Assembly (NCBI GenBank): GCA_018398765.1
Contig: JAHBMJ010000218.1
Coordinates: 1 to 53,634 of the forward strand
Source of the DNA: Chromera velia
Taxonomy: Eukaryota
Direction of reading: 5' to 3'
DNA length: 53,634 bases
This document shows positions 21,734-35,025 of this stretch, in pieces (position 1 is the first letter of the stretch; each line of letters begins with the position of its first letter). The translations under genes and the position numbers were made by a program. The notes beneath the pieces are model-generated. The model had not been told where the DNA came from. It searched no databases and saw only the letters and a list, made by a program, of their open reading frames with translations.

Positions 21734-24273
21734 TCAACACTGCGTCTCTGCGTCCTCCTCCAGGTCCTCCCTCGAGCGTCCCAACACAGCCGGCTCGTGC
21801 CCGCTTGAATGGAGAGCCACCACGCCCTGTTGCTGCGTCTGCGTCTCAGCTCTCGCTCCCTCAGTCCCCCTCTCTACCGGTATGCCCGTCGTCACAGCTG
21901 CAGTGCCCCCCTCATAGAGAATCGAGTTGCCCTCAAACGGCCCTTCTCCTGCTGCGTACTTTCCGGGGGCAGGCAGAGACTGAGTCTGGGGGTAGGGGGG
22001 CGGGTAAGGAGGGTGACCTGGGTAGTGGGAGCCTGCCGGGTTGACTCTGTGGACGTTTGTGGTTGGGGCCTCGTGGTCGCCTTCCTGCAAGTTATATCGA
22101 CAATTACACAAACGTTACTGTTACATGAAAGGTAAATTTGCAGCCGGAATCAAATGGGGTTTTCCTTTTGCCTGCACTCCGGCAATGTATTTCAAGGAAC
22201 GTACGGAGAGGGAGGCACCTGCATGAGACGACAGGAGCAGAGCTGCCGAAGGGAAGATCGAAGGCCTCGCGCTTCCCGTACCTCTTCCAACTGAGGAAGG
22301 AAACAACGAAGCCTCATTTGCCTCTCTCTCTTCGTGGACCGTTTCCTTTCATCAACCGGTGATTTGTGCATACACCCACCGCGTCCCCCCCATGGCCGTA
22401 CTGGTGGACCTTCGCCTTGCCCCACTGGGGGTCGAATTGTTCAGGGCAGCAGAACGTCGCCCCAACGTCAAAGATGATCGCCACAAGCAGGACGCACGTG
22501 TTCACCTGAGGGGACAAAGGATCGAATGGGTGAGCAAAAAGAGCAAAAAGAGCAACAAAGCCATGCCGTTGGGACTCAAAAAAGCTCCAGCGTATCGATA
22601 AATACATTTGTAAACTAGCTAGAGTGTTTGCTGATCGATACACAATGATGGTTTCAAAAGAAAAACAGCCCAAGAATTGAGGCGCATGAGGAAAAGAGAA
22701 TGATCGACGGTGAAGAAAAAAAAGACGTACCAGTAACAGCCAGACAATCGCGTGTACTAGAGGCGCCAGTGTACAGCAGGTGTCTTTGAATCTTCGGTCG
22801 AAGGCCTTGAAGGAGCCTTCAGACTCCCACTGCTTTGAGTTGTCTGCCATCACACACACCTCCGACTCTGGCTTCTGTTTGCAAGTCCAGTTGCCGATCT
22901 TCACACAGTCACGACGGTTTTGTCCTGCAAGCAAGGAACCGACGAACAATCCAGCTCGAAAAATTTCACGGAACTTTGAGCAAAACTAGCACAGAGCAAG
23001 GCAAAGCGCATGCATTTGCATTCGTCCATGTTTTTGTTCGTTATCCTATTCATTCATGTATTTATGCATTCTTTATTTGAGTCAGTGAGTGAGTGAACAT
23101 TCAGGTATTCTTTGAGTCACTCAGCACACTTCTGATTAATTGCCTTGTAGGCCTCTCGACCTCCTCTTCCTGTATCATTTATCTCCGCCCCCCTTCTTCT
23201 TCTGCTCAACTACAGAGACTTTCTCAGTGTGGATATCCGGACACCCGAGAGTCGCATCCGTTTCTTAGAAACAAAACTCTGTCCTGATTCTGACAAGGCA
23301 AAAAGATACTTGAAAAACAATGAAAGACTTTCATGCAGCACGAGACTGACTGACGTGTTGCCCCCAGGATGTCACACTGTGGAACGACGGAGCACATGTT
23401 CTCGACGTCGAATCTCTTCAGAGTCGGGACCGAAGTTTTGAACTGTGGGAACGTATCCCTGAGGCCTGCCAAGCATTCCTGGTGGGAGAACACGCACGAA
23501 GGGAGCTTGCAGCCGAGGCATCCTCCTCTGAATTCGTTTTGCACGTCTGCAAGGAATTTCAACTCCTCGACATCCAGACAGCCCGAACAGATGTTCCCAA
23601 ACCGCCCGGACCGGGGGGCCACCCCGACGTACACCAGCATCAGGATCGCAAGGAGGAAACAGTCAGCAGCCAGTGCGACGACCAAGAGCTGTTTGGAGCT
23701 TCGGCGAAGCTGCAGCCACCAGCATGTGAATCGATCTGATTGCGCAATTGCAAAACAACATGTAAATCACAAAGGGGACTACATTTATCAATACAATCAA
23801 CCTGCAAGGCAAAAGAACATATATACAGACATCACAACGAAAGGCGGAAAGTGGAGGGATTGGGGGGCTCGAGGGTGGCATGACAAGAGGATGATAATTT
23901 GTGTCCATGCAAAGAAAAATGCCATCCAGCTTACCGCCAGGGCTGGGACGAATGCCGCAAAGATGCCTGCACACATTTGCACAAAGACATGCATGTGTAA
24001 ACAACACAAATGAATTGAAGCAGCATGAATGTTATTTTGAGGCAGCGAAGGGCCCTTGAAATCAGCTTTCTGTGACTTACAAGCTAAAGAGACAGAGAGG
24101 ACCAGAATGAAACTTGTTCTTGCACTTGAACGGGTGGAGTCCACGATTTCGTTCTGCAACATCGTTTCGTACCCCCCGAATTTCGATTCACTCGCCATGA
24201 TGATGGCCAGAATGAACAGAATGCCACTCATCAGAACCCGACCCCACGTGATCACCCACAACGACGACTTCAT
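21734..24273 (-). CDS. Tetraspanin-like multi-pass membrane protein with a Cys-rich large loop and Pro-rich tail
   Basis: Exons at ~24273-24126, 23966-23935, ~23735-23350, ~22945-22730, ~22505-22380 and ~22097-21734. Hydrophobic segments (VLMSGILFILAIIM; SIFAAFVPALA; LLVVALAADCFLLAILMLVYVGV; LVHAIVWLL-VNTCVLLVAIIF) flank a Cys-rich loop containing DVQNEFRGGCLG. The junction after exon 2 is unresolved. Confidence 0.55.
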
Positions 24274-25085
24274 TTTGCAGGGTGTGTGAGCGAGGGGTTG
24301 ATCACGGTCACAACTGATCAGCTGCCAGGCTGCGTCACGTTCACGAACGTGATTTCAAGCAACAGTTGTTAAGAATAGAATATATACGTACAGCTGAGGT
24401 GACAGACTCCTACGTGTGTGGTAAAACCTGCTTGTCTGCCTGGTGTCTTATCCCGTCAAGGAGGCTTGTCAGGACAGGTGCCTGTCGACACGATCGCATG
24501 GGGGATTATGAAGTCTGCAGGCCTGATTGAATCGATGATTCGAAGTATGAGTCAATTAAGCTACCTATAAGAAAAAAACTGTATGTACTTTTTTCCTGTA
24601 AAATTAATTTTCACACATGATACGTACAGATCGATCGATCAAGATCGAGGCGCGGCGCGGCGGCGGCGCCCCCCCGTGCACTGCATGTACGTCACAGCGC
24701 CGCCGAGCATATTGCGGCGGCGCGAGTTGTGCATGCATGGCCGGTGGCGCCGCGTAAAGTGGTGGCGTGCGCGGTACGCGGCTCCATCAGCACGTACGCC
24801 GGCCCGTGCATCCACTTTTGCCAATCCACAATGAGACGTCTGCACGGTTAGCCAGCTATAGCCAGCTAGCTTTCATAATTGTGCTCCGTCGCTTTCCCCC
24901 AACTGAGTCCACAAAAAAGGCTTGGTTGTGGTTGAGAATTCCCGAGGCTGGTCTTCTGCTTCCCAGAGACGTTTGCTTTGAAGTTGATGATGAATTTCAA
25001 AGTACTACCCCAAGAGTCAGAAGAGTGAGATTCTAAGAGACGTTCACCAAGAAACCAAAAGAACGAAGCCAGAGAGAGAAAAGAA
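24274..25085. promoter_or_regulatory. Putative bidirectional promoter
   Basis: 812-bp spacer between divergent ATGs, with a GC-rich block at ~24645-24810 and TGCATGCA at 24730-24737. Confidence 0.5.
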
Positions 25086-28000
25086 ATGTACAACCAAGGT
25101 ACAGGGGGGTACCCAGGGTACCCTGCACAAAACTACAACCAAGGGCAGTATGATCAGCAGCAAGGGGGCCAGCAGTACTATGGTGACTATGACCAGCAAC
25201 AGCAGCAACCGCCGCAAGGAGGCGGGGGTGGAGGTGCACTCACGAATCCTTTTGGTGGAGGCCCTGCCGCACCCATCACAAGCCCTTTCGGTGCTGGCGC
25301 CCCTCCGCCTCCTACTGCTTCTGCTGGTTATTCCCAATCCAGAATGGCAGTGCCTCCTCCACCAACAGCAAAACAGCAGTCAGTCCCTTCATGTCTTCTG
25401 AGCTGTGTGCGTTCGTGTCTACTGCCTCTCGTGTTGCTCATAAAAGTGTGCGCCAGGTTTCTTACGGACATGGGTGGTTCTTTCGGATCGTGAAAATTTT
25501 CTTTGTGCCAACAGGTATTCCCAGATGCCTATATGTCTACTGGTGAATGTCTGCGGCTTCTGCTTTTTCATGTGTACGATGATCTGTCTGTCTGTCTGTC
25601 TTTCTCCTCCTTTCCGTTCTCCTTGCTTCTGCCCACCTGCAGGGCCGAGAGGCAGCAGCAACAAGCGCAGCAGCAATACATCGAGCCTCCTCCTTCAGGA
25701 CCCTCTCAACACCACACTGCAGCAGCAGGGGGAGCTGGGCGATATGTGAGTTCTGTTCTTTTCCCTCCCGTCTCGTCTATCTTCAAGCGGGCCTGCTCTG
25801 TTCTGTGCCACCCGGATGATGCATCTCAGGGCGTTGGATCAAAAAAGCAGACAGTCTGTGCTCCTTCCGACTGCATGTTCGTTTCCGTTCAACAAGTGTC
25901 CGAAGAGGAAGGCTTAAGCAGGCACAGAAAGAGAGGACTGTGCATACCTTCCATCAATTTCTTTTCTCTTTCGGCTGTCTGGTCTGAGATCCGCCCCCCT
26001 TCAAGTTCTCTCCTGCTCTTTCTTTCTCTTCACTCACTGAACCTTGAGATCTTTGCTTGCATCCCCCCATATGTACGGCTTCCCTCTGAGTCTGTGCAGT
26101 CACAGTACTACCGAGAGCAAAACGTATCATATCCTGATGTGGCTTCTCCACAAAATCAGCCGGCAGCCCCGGACCCCTTTGCAGAACAGAGACTGGTCAG
26201 TTGGGTAGGCAGGTCTGTTTGCTGTGCTGCTTCCCTTGTGGAACGGTCATCTTGTGTCAGACAGTCAGGTGAACCGTAGGAAGGCCTACGCGCTGAGGGT
26301 CTGGAAGGGTAGACAAATCAACGCTGGTTGCGTCAAAGAAGAGAAAGCAAGGCAATCTCATTGCCTTTTTTTCCTCTCTGCCTCCAATTCTAGTTCTCTT
26401 TCTCCTTAATTCCACTGTGCCTCTGAATTCCTTTGCCTCGGTGGCGGGCAAACAAGATCCTGTCCTCCTTCGTGAGACCAAGGGTTCTCTCCATGCCATT
26501 CGTGTTCATCCATAATGCGTCACTCTCTCTCTCTCTCTCTCTGTTGACACGAATCAAATTGAACTGCAGAAGGAGTGCGCAGATTTCTCTGCACCTCCAC
26601 ACTTTGTTCGGTCCACACTCGGAAAGTGAGTCCTTCAGTGAGTGAGTGAGTCAACAGACCTCCCTTCCCTCTGGTGCCGTGCCGTTCGATTCTTTCCTGC
26701 AGTTGTTTTCCTTCCGCATGGGGCACATTCTTGTGTTCATTTTCTTTCCTGAGAATTCTGTCATGCGCAAAGAACGGCTTTCCCTCCCTTCCTTCCTTCC
26801 TTCCGCTCTACTTGCATGGAGGTTCAGTGCGCTATTCTTTCTTCAGGCCCCCTGTCGTCATGTGCAAAGAAAGATGTCAGGAGGTTCGCCCCTCTTGCGT
26901 TTCTCTCTGTGTGCAGACTGCCAAACAGCCAGAGCTTGAAACAGAAGCTTCACATACCCATCAGTCAGTCACTCCCAGTATCTATCTGTCTTTGTCTGAT
27001 TGTGCTCTCTCTGTGTGTGACGAGGGAGGATGAGAGACAGCAGACGCTGCGGTTCCGTCCTCCACCCTTTGCCCGGTCCTCTTGGTGCCATCCAGAAAAT
27101 TGAGAGGCAGTAGACGTGCCATCGGATTCCGCGTGCATTAATACATGGATAGTGATTTCATTTCTCTCTCTCTCTCTCCCTTTCTCTTGATGAAAGGTTT
27201 CCCGTATACATGCAGAAAGAGTTCGCTCTCCTTTCTTCCCCCTTTCCCGATGTTTTTTGCTCTCTCCTAGGCTTCCCGCATTCATTCTCATAAGGTGCGA
27301 AGTCGAAATCGATTCACTGACTCACTAATTATTTTTTTCCCCCCCGTTCGTCGCGACGCCCTTGCAGGCTTGTCTTTCCAGCCTCTCGCACCTGTCCCCC
27401 AGGGTTATCCCGAGACCCCGTCGGTCTCTTTCGGGTCTCTGGGAACGGTGGTGCGGTGCAAGAGGTGCAGAACATACATTAACCCGTTCGTTCAGGTCTG
27501 TCAGTTGGTCTCTCTCCCTCTCTCTCTTCCTGCCGCCCTCCCTTTCCCTGTCTTTCTGTCAGCCTCTCCCGCTTTCTTTCCGTGTGTCTGTCTGCATGTC
27601 TGTGCACGCGTCCGTCTGCCACAAATTCTTGAAGAACCAGAAAAGTTTCGATCCGTTGTAGTTTTCCGGTTTCTTTCAATCCTTTTGCTCTCAATTGATC
27701 CTTTCTTCGTCTTTGTTTTCCTTCTACTTCCCTCCTCTCTGCAGTGGGAGGCCAACGGGAGGCGTTGGCTGTGCAACCTTTGCGGGTAAGTGCCTTGCCG
27801 TCCTTCCTGGCTGCGTATCTGATCTGATCTGGTCCTTTCCCCCTTTCACCCAGAGAGAGTCGATATCTGTCCATGCAGACCTGAATGACACAAGACGGCT
27901 AGCCACTTTTTGGCGTCTAGCTTGATAGCCAGGCAGGAAGTGAGACAGCAAGGGAGAGAAGGATTCGAAAGCAGGGGCAGACTGAATGCAGCCTTCTTTC

Positions 28001-30504
28001 ACCTCGACACGCGTGTGTTTGAGAGCGTGTCTTGTCCTTTCCTTCGTTTCTTGTTTGCAGTAGGGGTGTGGCGGGAGGAAAGAGCGCAAGGGAGAGGGGA
28101 AACAGAGAATGAGAGAGGATAGGATTGCGTGGTCTTCCATCTTTCTCTCAAATTCACACTCACTTTCTGTTTACAATTCCTGACGTCATCTTCTTTTTCT
28201 CTTCCTTCCTTCCTTCCTTCCTTCTTTGCAGGTATGTGAACGAGACGCCCTCGTTCTACTACTGCTCTCTTGACGACACAGCAAGACGGAGCGACCGATT
28301 CGAACGACCCGAGCTCTGCAACGGCTCAGTGGAGTATATCGCTCCTGGTACGCATGTCAATTTTGTTTGTTTGCTTGCTTGTTTCCTTGTCTGTTTGTTC
28401 AGTTTTTTTTCTTAGTTGCATTCCTTCTTTTTGTCTCGGCAGCTGTCTCGGGCTCCGCTTCTGTTTTGTCTTCCTTCTGGCCCCACGCAGCGCGCTTGCT
28501 GGTCTGTGGGTGCTTCCTCTTTTTTCTTCTACTTAGCCAATGGCAAAGACACCCTCCGACGCTTGCAGGAGAGTACATGGTGAGACCTCCTCAGCCTCCA
28601 GTCTTTGTGGTCAGTCAGTCTGTCTGTCAGTGAGCCTGAGTGAGGGGGGGAGGGGGTGTTCGAGTGAGTGAATGAGTGAGAATCCGAATTTGTGACTTCG
28701 TGAGTCAAAGGGGTGGTTTTCTTTCCTCTTCAAAGACATAAGCCTCCCTTGGCCCGTACTCTCTCATCGATTTTCTTTCAATCGTTCTCGCGCATCTTCA
28801 GAACCTCCATCCATCCTTTCCGAGGTTCAACAAGGAAGAGAGAGCTGTGTGTGTACCCCTCAGCTCTTCCAGCTCAACTGACCAGTCTGATTGCTATCTT
28901 TGTTTACTATTCTATTCTCTCTCCCTCTCTGCAGTTCGTCATTGAGGCGACGATCTCCTCTGTCCAGTCAGGACTCCTTCAGGCAGCGGTGGCGTCGATC
29001 AAGGAGTGCTTCCAGTCGGGGCACATGCCGGGGATGCAGCCGAACAACAGCAGGTGCCAGATCGGAATCATCACTTTCGACTCGGCAGTGCACTTCTACT
29101 CACTCGACCAGTCCCAGCAGCTGCCCCAAATGCTGGTGGTGCCTGACCTTGATGACCTCTTCCTTCCGACTCTCCCGGTCCGTCCGTCTGTAAGAGAAAA
29201 GGAAATAAAGGACGATATAGTCTATCACTTCAGTACTTTCTGTTCTCCCTCTCGTTTCTTTCATTTTCCTGCATGAGTAGATAAGATGTCCTTTCGACCT
29301 TTCTGGTATTTGTTTTCGTTCTGTCGGCTTGATTCGTGTTTTGAATGACTGCGCAATTGCATCTCCTCTTTCGTTGGCGAGGCCCCGCGCATACCCTTAG
29401 CGCTGGGAAATCTTGCGTTTTGCGTGTCTGCATTTTTTATGCTTTCTTAAGGATTGCCTGTCCGAAAAAGTGAAAAAATGAATTCTGATGTGTCACCATC
29501 TGGCGCATTCAACTCGGCCGGAAACAAACAACAAGACAGCACCCGAACAAGTCGGGTTTTCTGTCAAAGACCAATTACTTTTCCACACATGGAAGGCGAA
29601 AAAAAAAAGTGAATTATCGCTCCCCTCTTTCTTGTCTGCAGGAGAATCTGGTCGTGAACGCGAAGGAGAGCGAGACGGTGGGTCAACAGTTCATTCACAG
29701 AGGAGAGGAGAAAGAAAATATCAGAACAGCTCTGGGGTTACACGGATGCACAAGTTATGTCTGAGCATCCATACACATACACGCCCCCCTTTGCACCTTT
29801 CAGGGCCTTCAGTTGGTTCTGCCCCCTTTCTCTTCCACACACGTGCTTCTTTCTTTGCACTTCTCCCTCCCAGAATTCATTCGTCCAACTGAGTCGACTT
29901 ACGTGCTTCTGGAGATTGCGTGTTACCTCGATATCGTCTTTTCGTGATGAGAGAGGACAGTGCTGCAGTCTTCCCGGGATATTCCTTGCTTCACTTGAAA
30001 TGACCTCTTTTAATGTCTGCATGTCCCCGTCCTTCACTTCACCCCTTGATTCCTCCCCTCCTTTCTACTGCAGGTGATCACCAGCCTCCTGGATATGCTC
30101 CCGAACATGTTCGCCAAGACGAAGGCACAGGAGTCATGCCTGGGCTCTGCCATGAAGGCGGCGTACATGGCCATGAAGCACGTGGGGGGCAAGATGCTGG
30201 TCTTCGCCTCCTCCCTCCCGACAGTCGGGGAGCTGCCCTTGAAGGGTTCCAGAGACAACCCTCGACTGCTGAACACCGACAAGGAGGTCGAACTCCTCCG
30301 GCCTGTGGATGACAACCACAAGGTCAGTCAGTCAGTGAAAGAGGAGGGAGAGGAGGGGGGGGGATCTTGAGCAGCACTGTCTCCTTTGCGTCGGATGAAG
30401 AATCTGAATTGTCGGCAACTACATGAAGCTTCTTCTTCTTCTTCCTGAGAAAATGAATGACTTCCATTCCAGCTTATGTGTGCGTTCATCCGTTCATGTG
30501 TCTT

Positions 30505-30570
<66 letters not shown>

Positions 30571-33500
30571 GCCTTTCTGTTTGACTGCAGCACTTCGCCG
30601 TGGAGATGACTCGCGTCCAAATATCACTGGAGCTCTTCTGTGCTGCGACGCAGTACATGGTGAGTCCTTTTCCTCTTCTTCCTTCTTCTCTCTTGTGTTT
30701 CGTTCGGTGTTTCCAGATTTACTTCCTCTCAGTAACGAAAAAAAAAGGGTCAAGAAGACCAACAGGGCGATGGCAACGCAATTAGATTCAAAAGATGGAA
30801 AGTCATTTGACTCTTCATTTTGTGCGCTTGCTGATCCGGTGTTCTGCAGGACGTGGCTTCGCTTGCCCCTCTGGTCAAGTTCACCAGTGGAGAGCTTCAT
30901 TACTACCCATCGTTCAACATCCACACTCTTGGTGAGAAATTGAGGGGGGAGCTCTGGAGAGTTCTGACCAGAGAGATGGGATGGGAGGCTGTGATGAGGA
31001 TCCGTGTGAGCAAGGGGTGGAGGATCGCGAACTTCTACGGGCACCTGTACATCCGTGGTATGGACTTGCTGGTGGTCCCCAACTGTCACGCCGACCAAAC
31101 GTTCTCAGTGGGACTGGAGATGGAGGAGGCCGTTGTCCAGGACCCTGTGGTGTGTGTGCAGTGCGCATTGCTGTATACGAACAGCTCGGGAGAAAGAAGA
31201 ATTCGAGTCCACACCATCTGCGTGCCTGTCACACAGAGCTTTTCGGTCCGTCTTTGCGTGATTTTGTTTGGTCGGTTGGTGAGGTGGAGCATCTGCCGTA
31301 TCTTTTCGTGAATTCGCGGTTGTGTTGTGTTTGAGAAACCGCCTATGTTCATTCCCTCGAGGATTTGTCAATTTACCTATTGCTGTCCAGCCCTGTTTCT
31401 TTTTTGCACCGAAGGCCTGTCTTCGGCTGTTTTGTCACGGTAGTCGCATCATGTCGACCCTCTCCCTCTCGCTTTTTCCCACTGACTGATTGATGCATCC
31501 ATCGTCCCTCCCTCCCTCGCAGGACATTAGTGCTTCGATCGACGTCCAAGCCACAGCCACCGGACTGTGCCACCAGGCGATCGAGACGGCCATCAAGAGC
31601 AAGATGAGCGACGGCCAGTCCTTCCTCAGCGGCCTCTGCGGACAGATCATCGGAGCACAGGGGACGCCCGGACAGGGGAATCAGGAGGTCGTCAGGCTGT
31701 TGCCTCTCTATGTGCTGGTCAGTCAGTCACTCTCAGTCTCTCTCGCTTGCTTGCTTATTGTCGGTTTTCTGTCTGCAGTGTGCTGTTGTACATGGTTTTT
31801 CATCCCCCTTTTTTTTTCGTCTCCCCGCACTTGTGGTTGGGGAGGGGGACGAAGTGAGAAGACTTGGTTGGAAATGTCGGTATACGCAAAAGGACTGTAA
31901 GAGATGGATCGGACAAGCCAGTCGGAATAAATAGCGTTGCTTGTTCCGATTTCCTTCTTCACATAGGTCGATTCCTTTTTGCTGGTTTGATTGATCAGGG
32001 AAGGATTAATCCTGTCTTCGACTTATTTGCTTTGCCATGTCTTCTTCTTATGTGCGACCCCTTTGTTGCCCACTTGCTTACGCTTGTGTGTGGTTGCGCT
32101 TCGCGAGCGAATCTGTGCTGCAGGGTATGTTGAAGAGTCTTGCGTTCCGAGCAACAAACGACGGTGAGTTTCCTTCCTGTACAATTTCCTGATCATTTTT
32201 TCCTATTTGTCGAATCCTCCGTCTTCTTCCTTTGCTTCTTTCCCTCCTGGATTTTCGTCTGCTCATTTATCCCTCGGGGTGACTGACTGTTTCCTTTTCT
32301 TGGTGAGAGGCAGCGAGGCCGATTTCGCCTCGTTCCGCTGTCTGTTTAATGTTCGTTGGTCAACCTGTAAGTCTCCTCTTTTTGCCTTTCTTCTTCCAAC
32401 GTTTTCTTCTCACTATTCGGATAAATTGCCAGTCCTGTGCCCATGTGCTTTTCTTCCCCCCTCTTTCTTCTCCGTGTTTGGTCGTGCAGTGCCGGCGGAT
32501 CTGCGTGTGTACCATTGGACGCGTCTGGAGACTCTGCCTGTGGTCATGATGGTCAGTCAGTCAGTCGAAAATGCTGTCTCCTTTTTCTGATCGAGAACTG
32601 GCCATCACCATGTGCTCATACTGTGTCGGGCAGCTCTCTACTGCTCACGCTTCTCGGAGAATGGTCAAAGTCCTCGTGCGTGTATGAAAGCGCTCTCGGC
32701 GTCGTCAATCCAGGTTCCTTCCACTCTCTTATCTCCAACGTGCCAATGATTCAGCTGAGGCGGATTTGCGGGTTTTCGCCTGACTCACATGCAAGTCTGC
32801 CGGTTTCTTGGAATTGAAGTGAATCGCTGTCTGTTTTGAGTGAACGAACGACCGAACGAACGAACGAATGGATCGATTGATTCTGCCTGCAGGCGGCGTT
32901 CTTCTACCCGCGTCTCCTGTCAGTGCACAACCTCGCAGGGGAGGAGGGCAATAAGGATGAGAGGTCGGTCGGCTGGCTTGCTGGCAAGAATTGGAGAAGA
33001 GAAGAGCTGTCTGTCTAACGGTCTATCTTTCTCTCATGGAGTCTTTTGTACTGGTTCTCTCGTAATCGTTCCAACCCTTTTGGTTTCTTCGACTGCTTCC
33101 GATTCCCTCGCATCTTCTCGCATTTCTCTTTGACAGTCGCATGAGCCTCTGGATTTTTGTCTCAATCGCTTCCGTGTTCGTGTCGAGGTGCATGCAGCCT
33201 CACTTTCGTTGACCCTTCTTTGTTTGTTCTTGTTGTTGCAGTGGACGCGTCGCGCTTCCTCAACAGCTGAACCTGTCTGTCGAGAGGATGACCCAGGTAT
33301 ATGAGAAGAGGGGGTTTTGGGCTCTTTCTCTCTCTCTCTCTCTCTCCCAATTGGAAATGCAGTGGAGTACACGCAAACAAGAAAAAACGCTCAAGTACAC
33401 AGGAGAGAGCAGCGACGTGCCGTGTCATCATTCCGGGACCCTCGGTTCTTTGCTGTTTTCCCTGCTTGTTCTTGTTTCCTTCTTTCCTTCCTTCCTCCGT

Positions 33501-33909
33501 CTGACTGCCTCCGATTTCTCTCTCAAGTCGCAAACGCTTTTTTCCTTCTCCTCGACCCCGGATTTTCTTTCTCATCCTTTCTTTCCCTCTTCTCTCTTTC
33601 TCTCCCTCCCTCTGTCTGGTTGGTCTCATTGCAGGACGGTGCGTTCCTCGTTGAGGACGGGGAGCAGATGATGATGTGGATCGGTCGGGCCGTCTCCACT
33701 TCCTGGCTGCAGTCTGTCTTCGGAGTCCCTGCAATCGAACAGCTGCACCCGGAGACGGCAGAGAGCCAAATCGGAAGCTCAGGAGACCCCACGGGAACGA
33801 AGGTGGCGAACGTCTTGACAGAAGTGCGGGCACAGGTGGGTCTGTCGATTTGCTTCTCTCTCTCTGCCTGCATGAGCGACCCTTCGTCGTCGTTGTTTGT
33901 CAGCAGCCA

Positions 33910-33951
<42 letters not shown>

Positions 33952-35025
33952 GGTTGCCAGTTCGTGAGCTTGAGGCGATATCTTTCACTTTGCGCGTCCT
34001 CCAGTCCTTTTTTCTGTTTGCCTTGTTGTCTGGATGGATGGATACAGGAAGGAGAAGGGAGGACGGAGTGGATTTTTACATTCAGGGGAGAGGGCCTGCT
34101 GAGGGAGAGAGAGAGACAAGAGCCGAGCATTTGCATTGAAATGTATTGCCGGAGAAAAAAGTCCCTTCGGAAGAAGGAAAGAAGCGTAGGCAAACAGACA
34201 GTCGGAATTTCGATCCCCGAAAACATCAAAGAAAAGCATATTCATTCCCTTTCGCTGACATGCATGAGAGCGAAGGTGAGGTTGAACAGAGCTTGCAATG
34301 CAATGCAATGCATATCGATGAAGACGTAAGCAGACAAACAAAACACCTCAATGGAATGGGTGACTGCAGAGGGAGCCGCCGTACATGAAGCTCTGGGTGA
34401 TTCGACAGGGCGACCCCGTAGAGCCCCGCTTCTTCGCGGCTCTGATTGAGGACCGGCACCAAGGGCTGGGCCTGCCTCTCTCGTACGCGGAGTTTTTGCA
34501 GAAGATCGGTCAGTCAGTCAGCCAATCGGTGACTGGTAGGGAGTTTTGGCGGTTTCTTTCTTGTGTGTTTCTGGTCTGGCTCATTTTCACAAGCCTTCTG
34601 AAAGACAAACATCTGTTAGCTAGCTTGCATGTGTTCCTTCATCTTGTCCTGCGGATGTATTTGAACGAACGAACGTCCGTGCTCATATGAGTGTGGAGAA
34701 GGAAGGACAAGAAGGGGGGTAGCATGGGCTGTTTGTATGTGTGTATGTCTATGTAACTTCTTTTGCCAAGAGAAACCCTGTTTTGTCTCCAGCGTTGCAA
34801 CAACGGCACAGGCACTTTTGGAAATAGACAGGCAGGGGTGTGCTGTGACGTTTTCTGCACATTGGAAGTTGTCAGTCAACATTTTTGTGATGCGTTGCAA
34901 TTGACTAATGACTGAATGCAGGGACGAGACCGCCGGCCCAGGCTGCACCGGCTCCTGTTGGCGCTGCGGGTGCGGCACACGCGGGGGCTGCAGCCGGATA
35001 CTACAACCAGACGAGAGCGTATTAG
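25086..35025 (+). CDS. SEC24: COPII coat subunit Sec24, about 20 exons
   Basis: Pro/Gln/Gly-rich N-terminus; zinc finger RCKRCRTYINPF/WLCNLCG (~27450-27785); RPELCNGSVEYIAP; trunk IGIITFDSAVHFY and GGKMLVF; beta-sandwich EAVMRIRVSKG..QCALLYTNSSGERRIRVHT (~30850-31245); gelsolin-like DGAFLVEDG; LIEDR..SYAEFL (~34370-34508). The last exon is predicted at 34922-35025. Confidence 0.95.
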
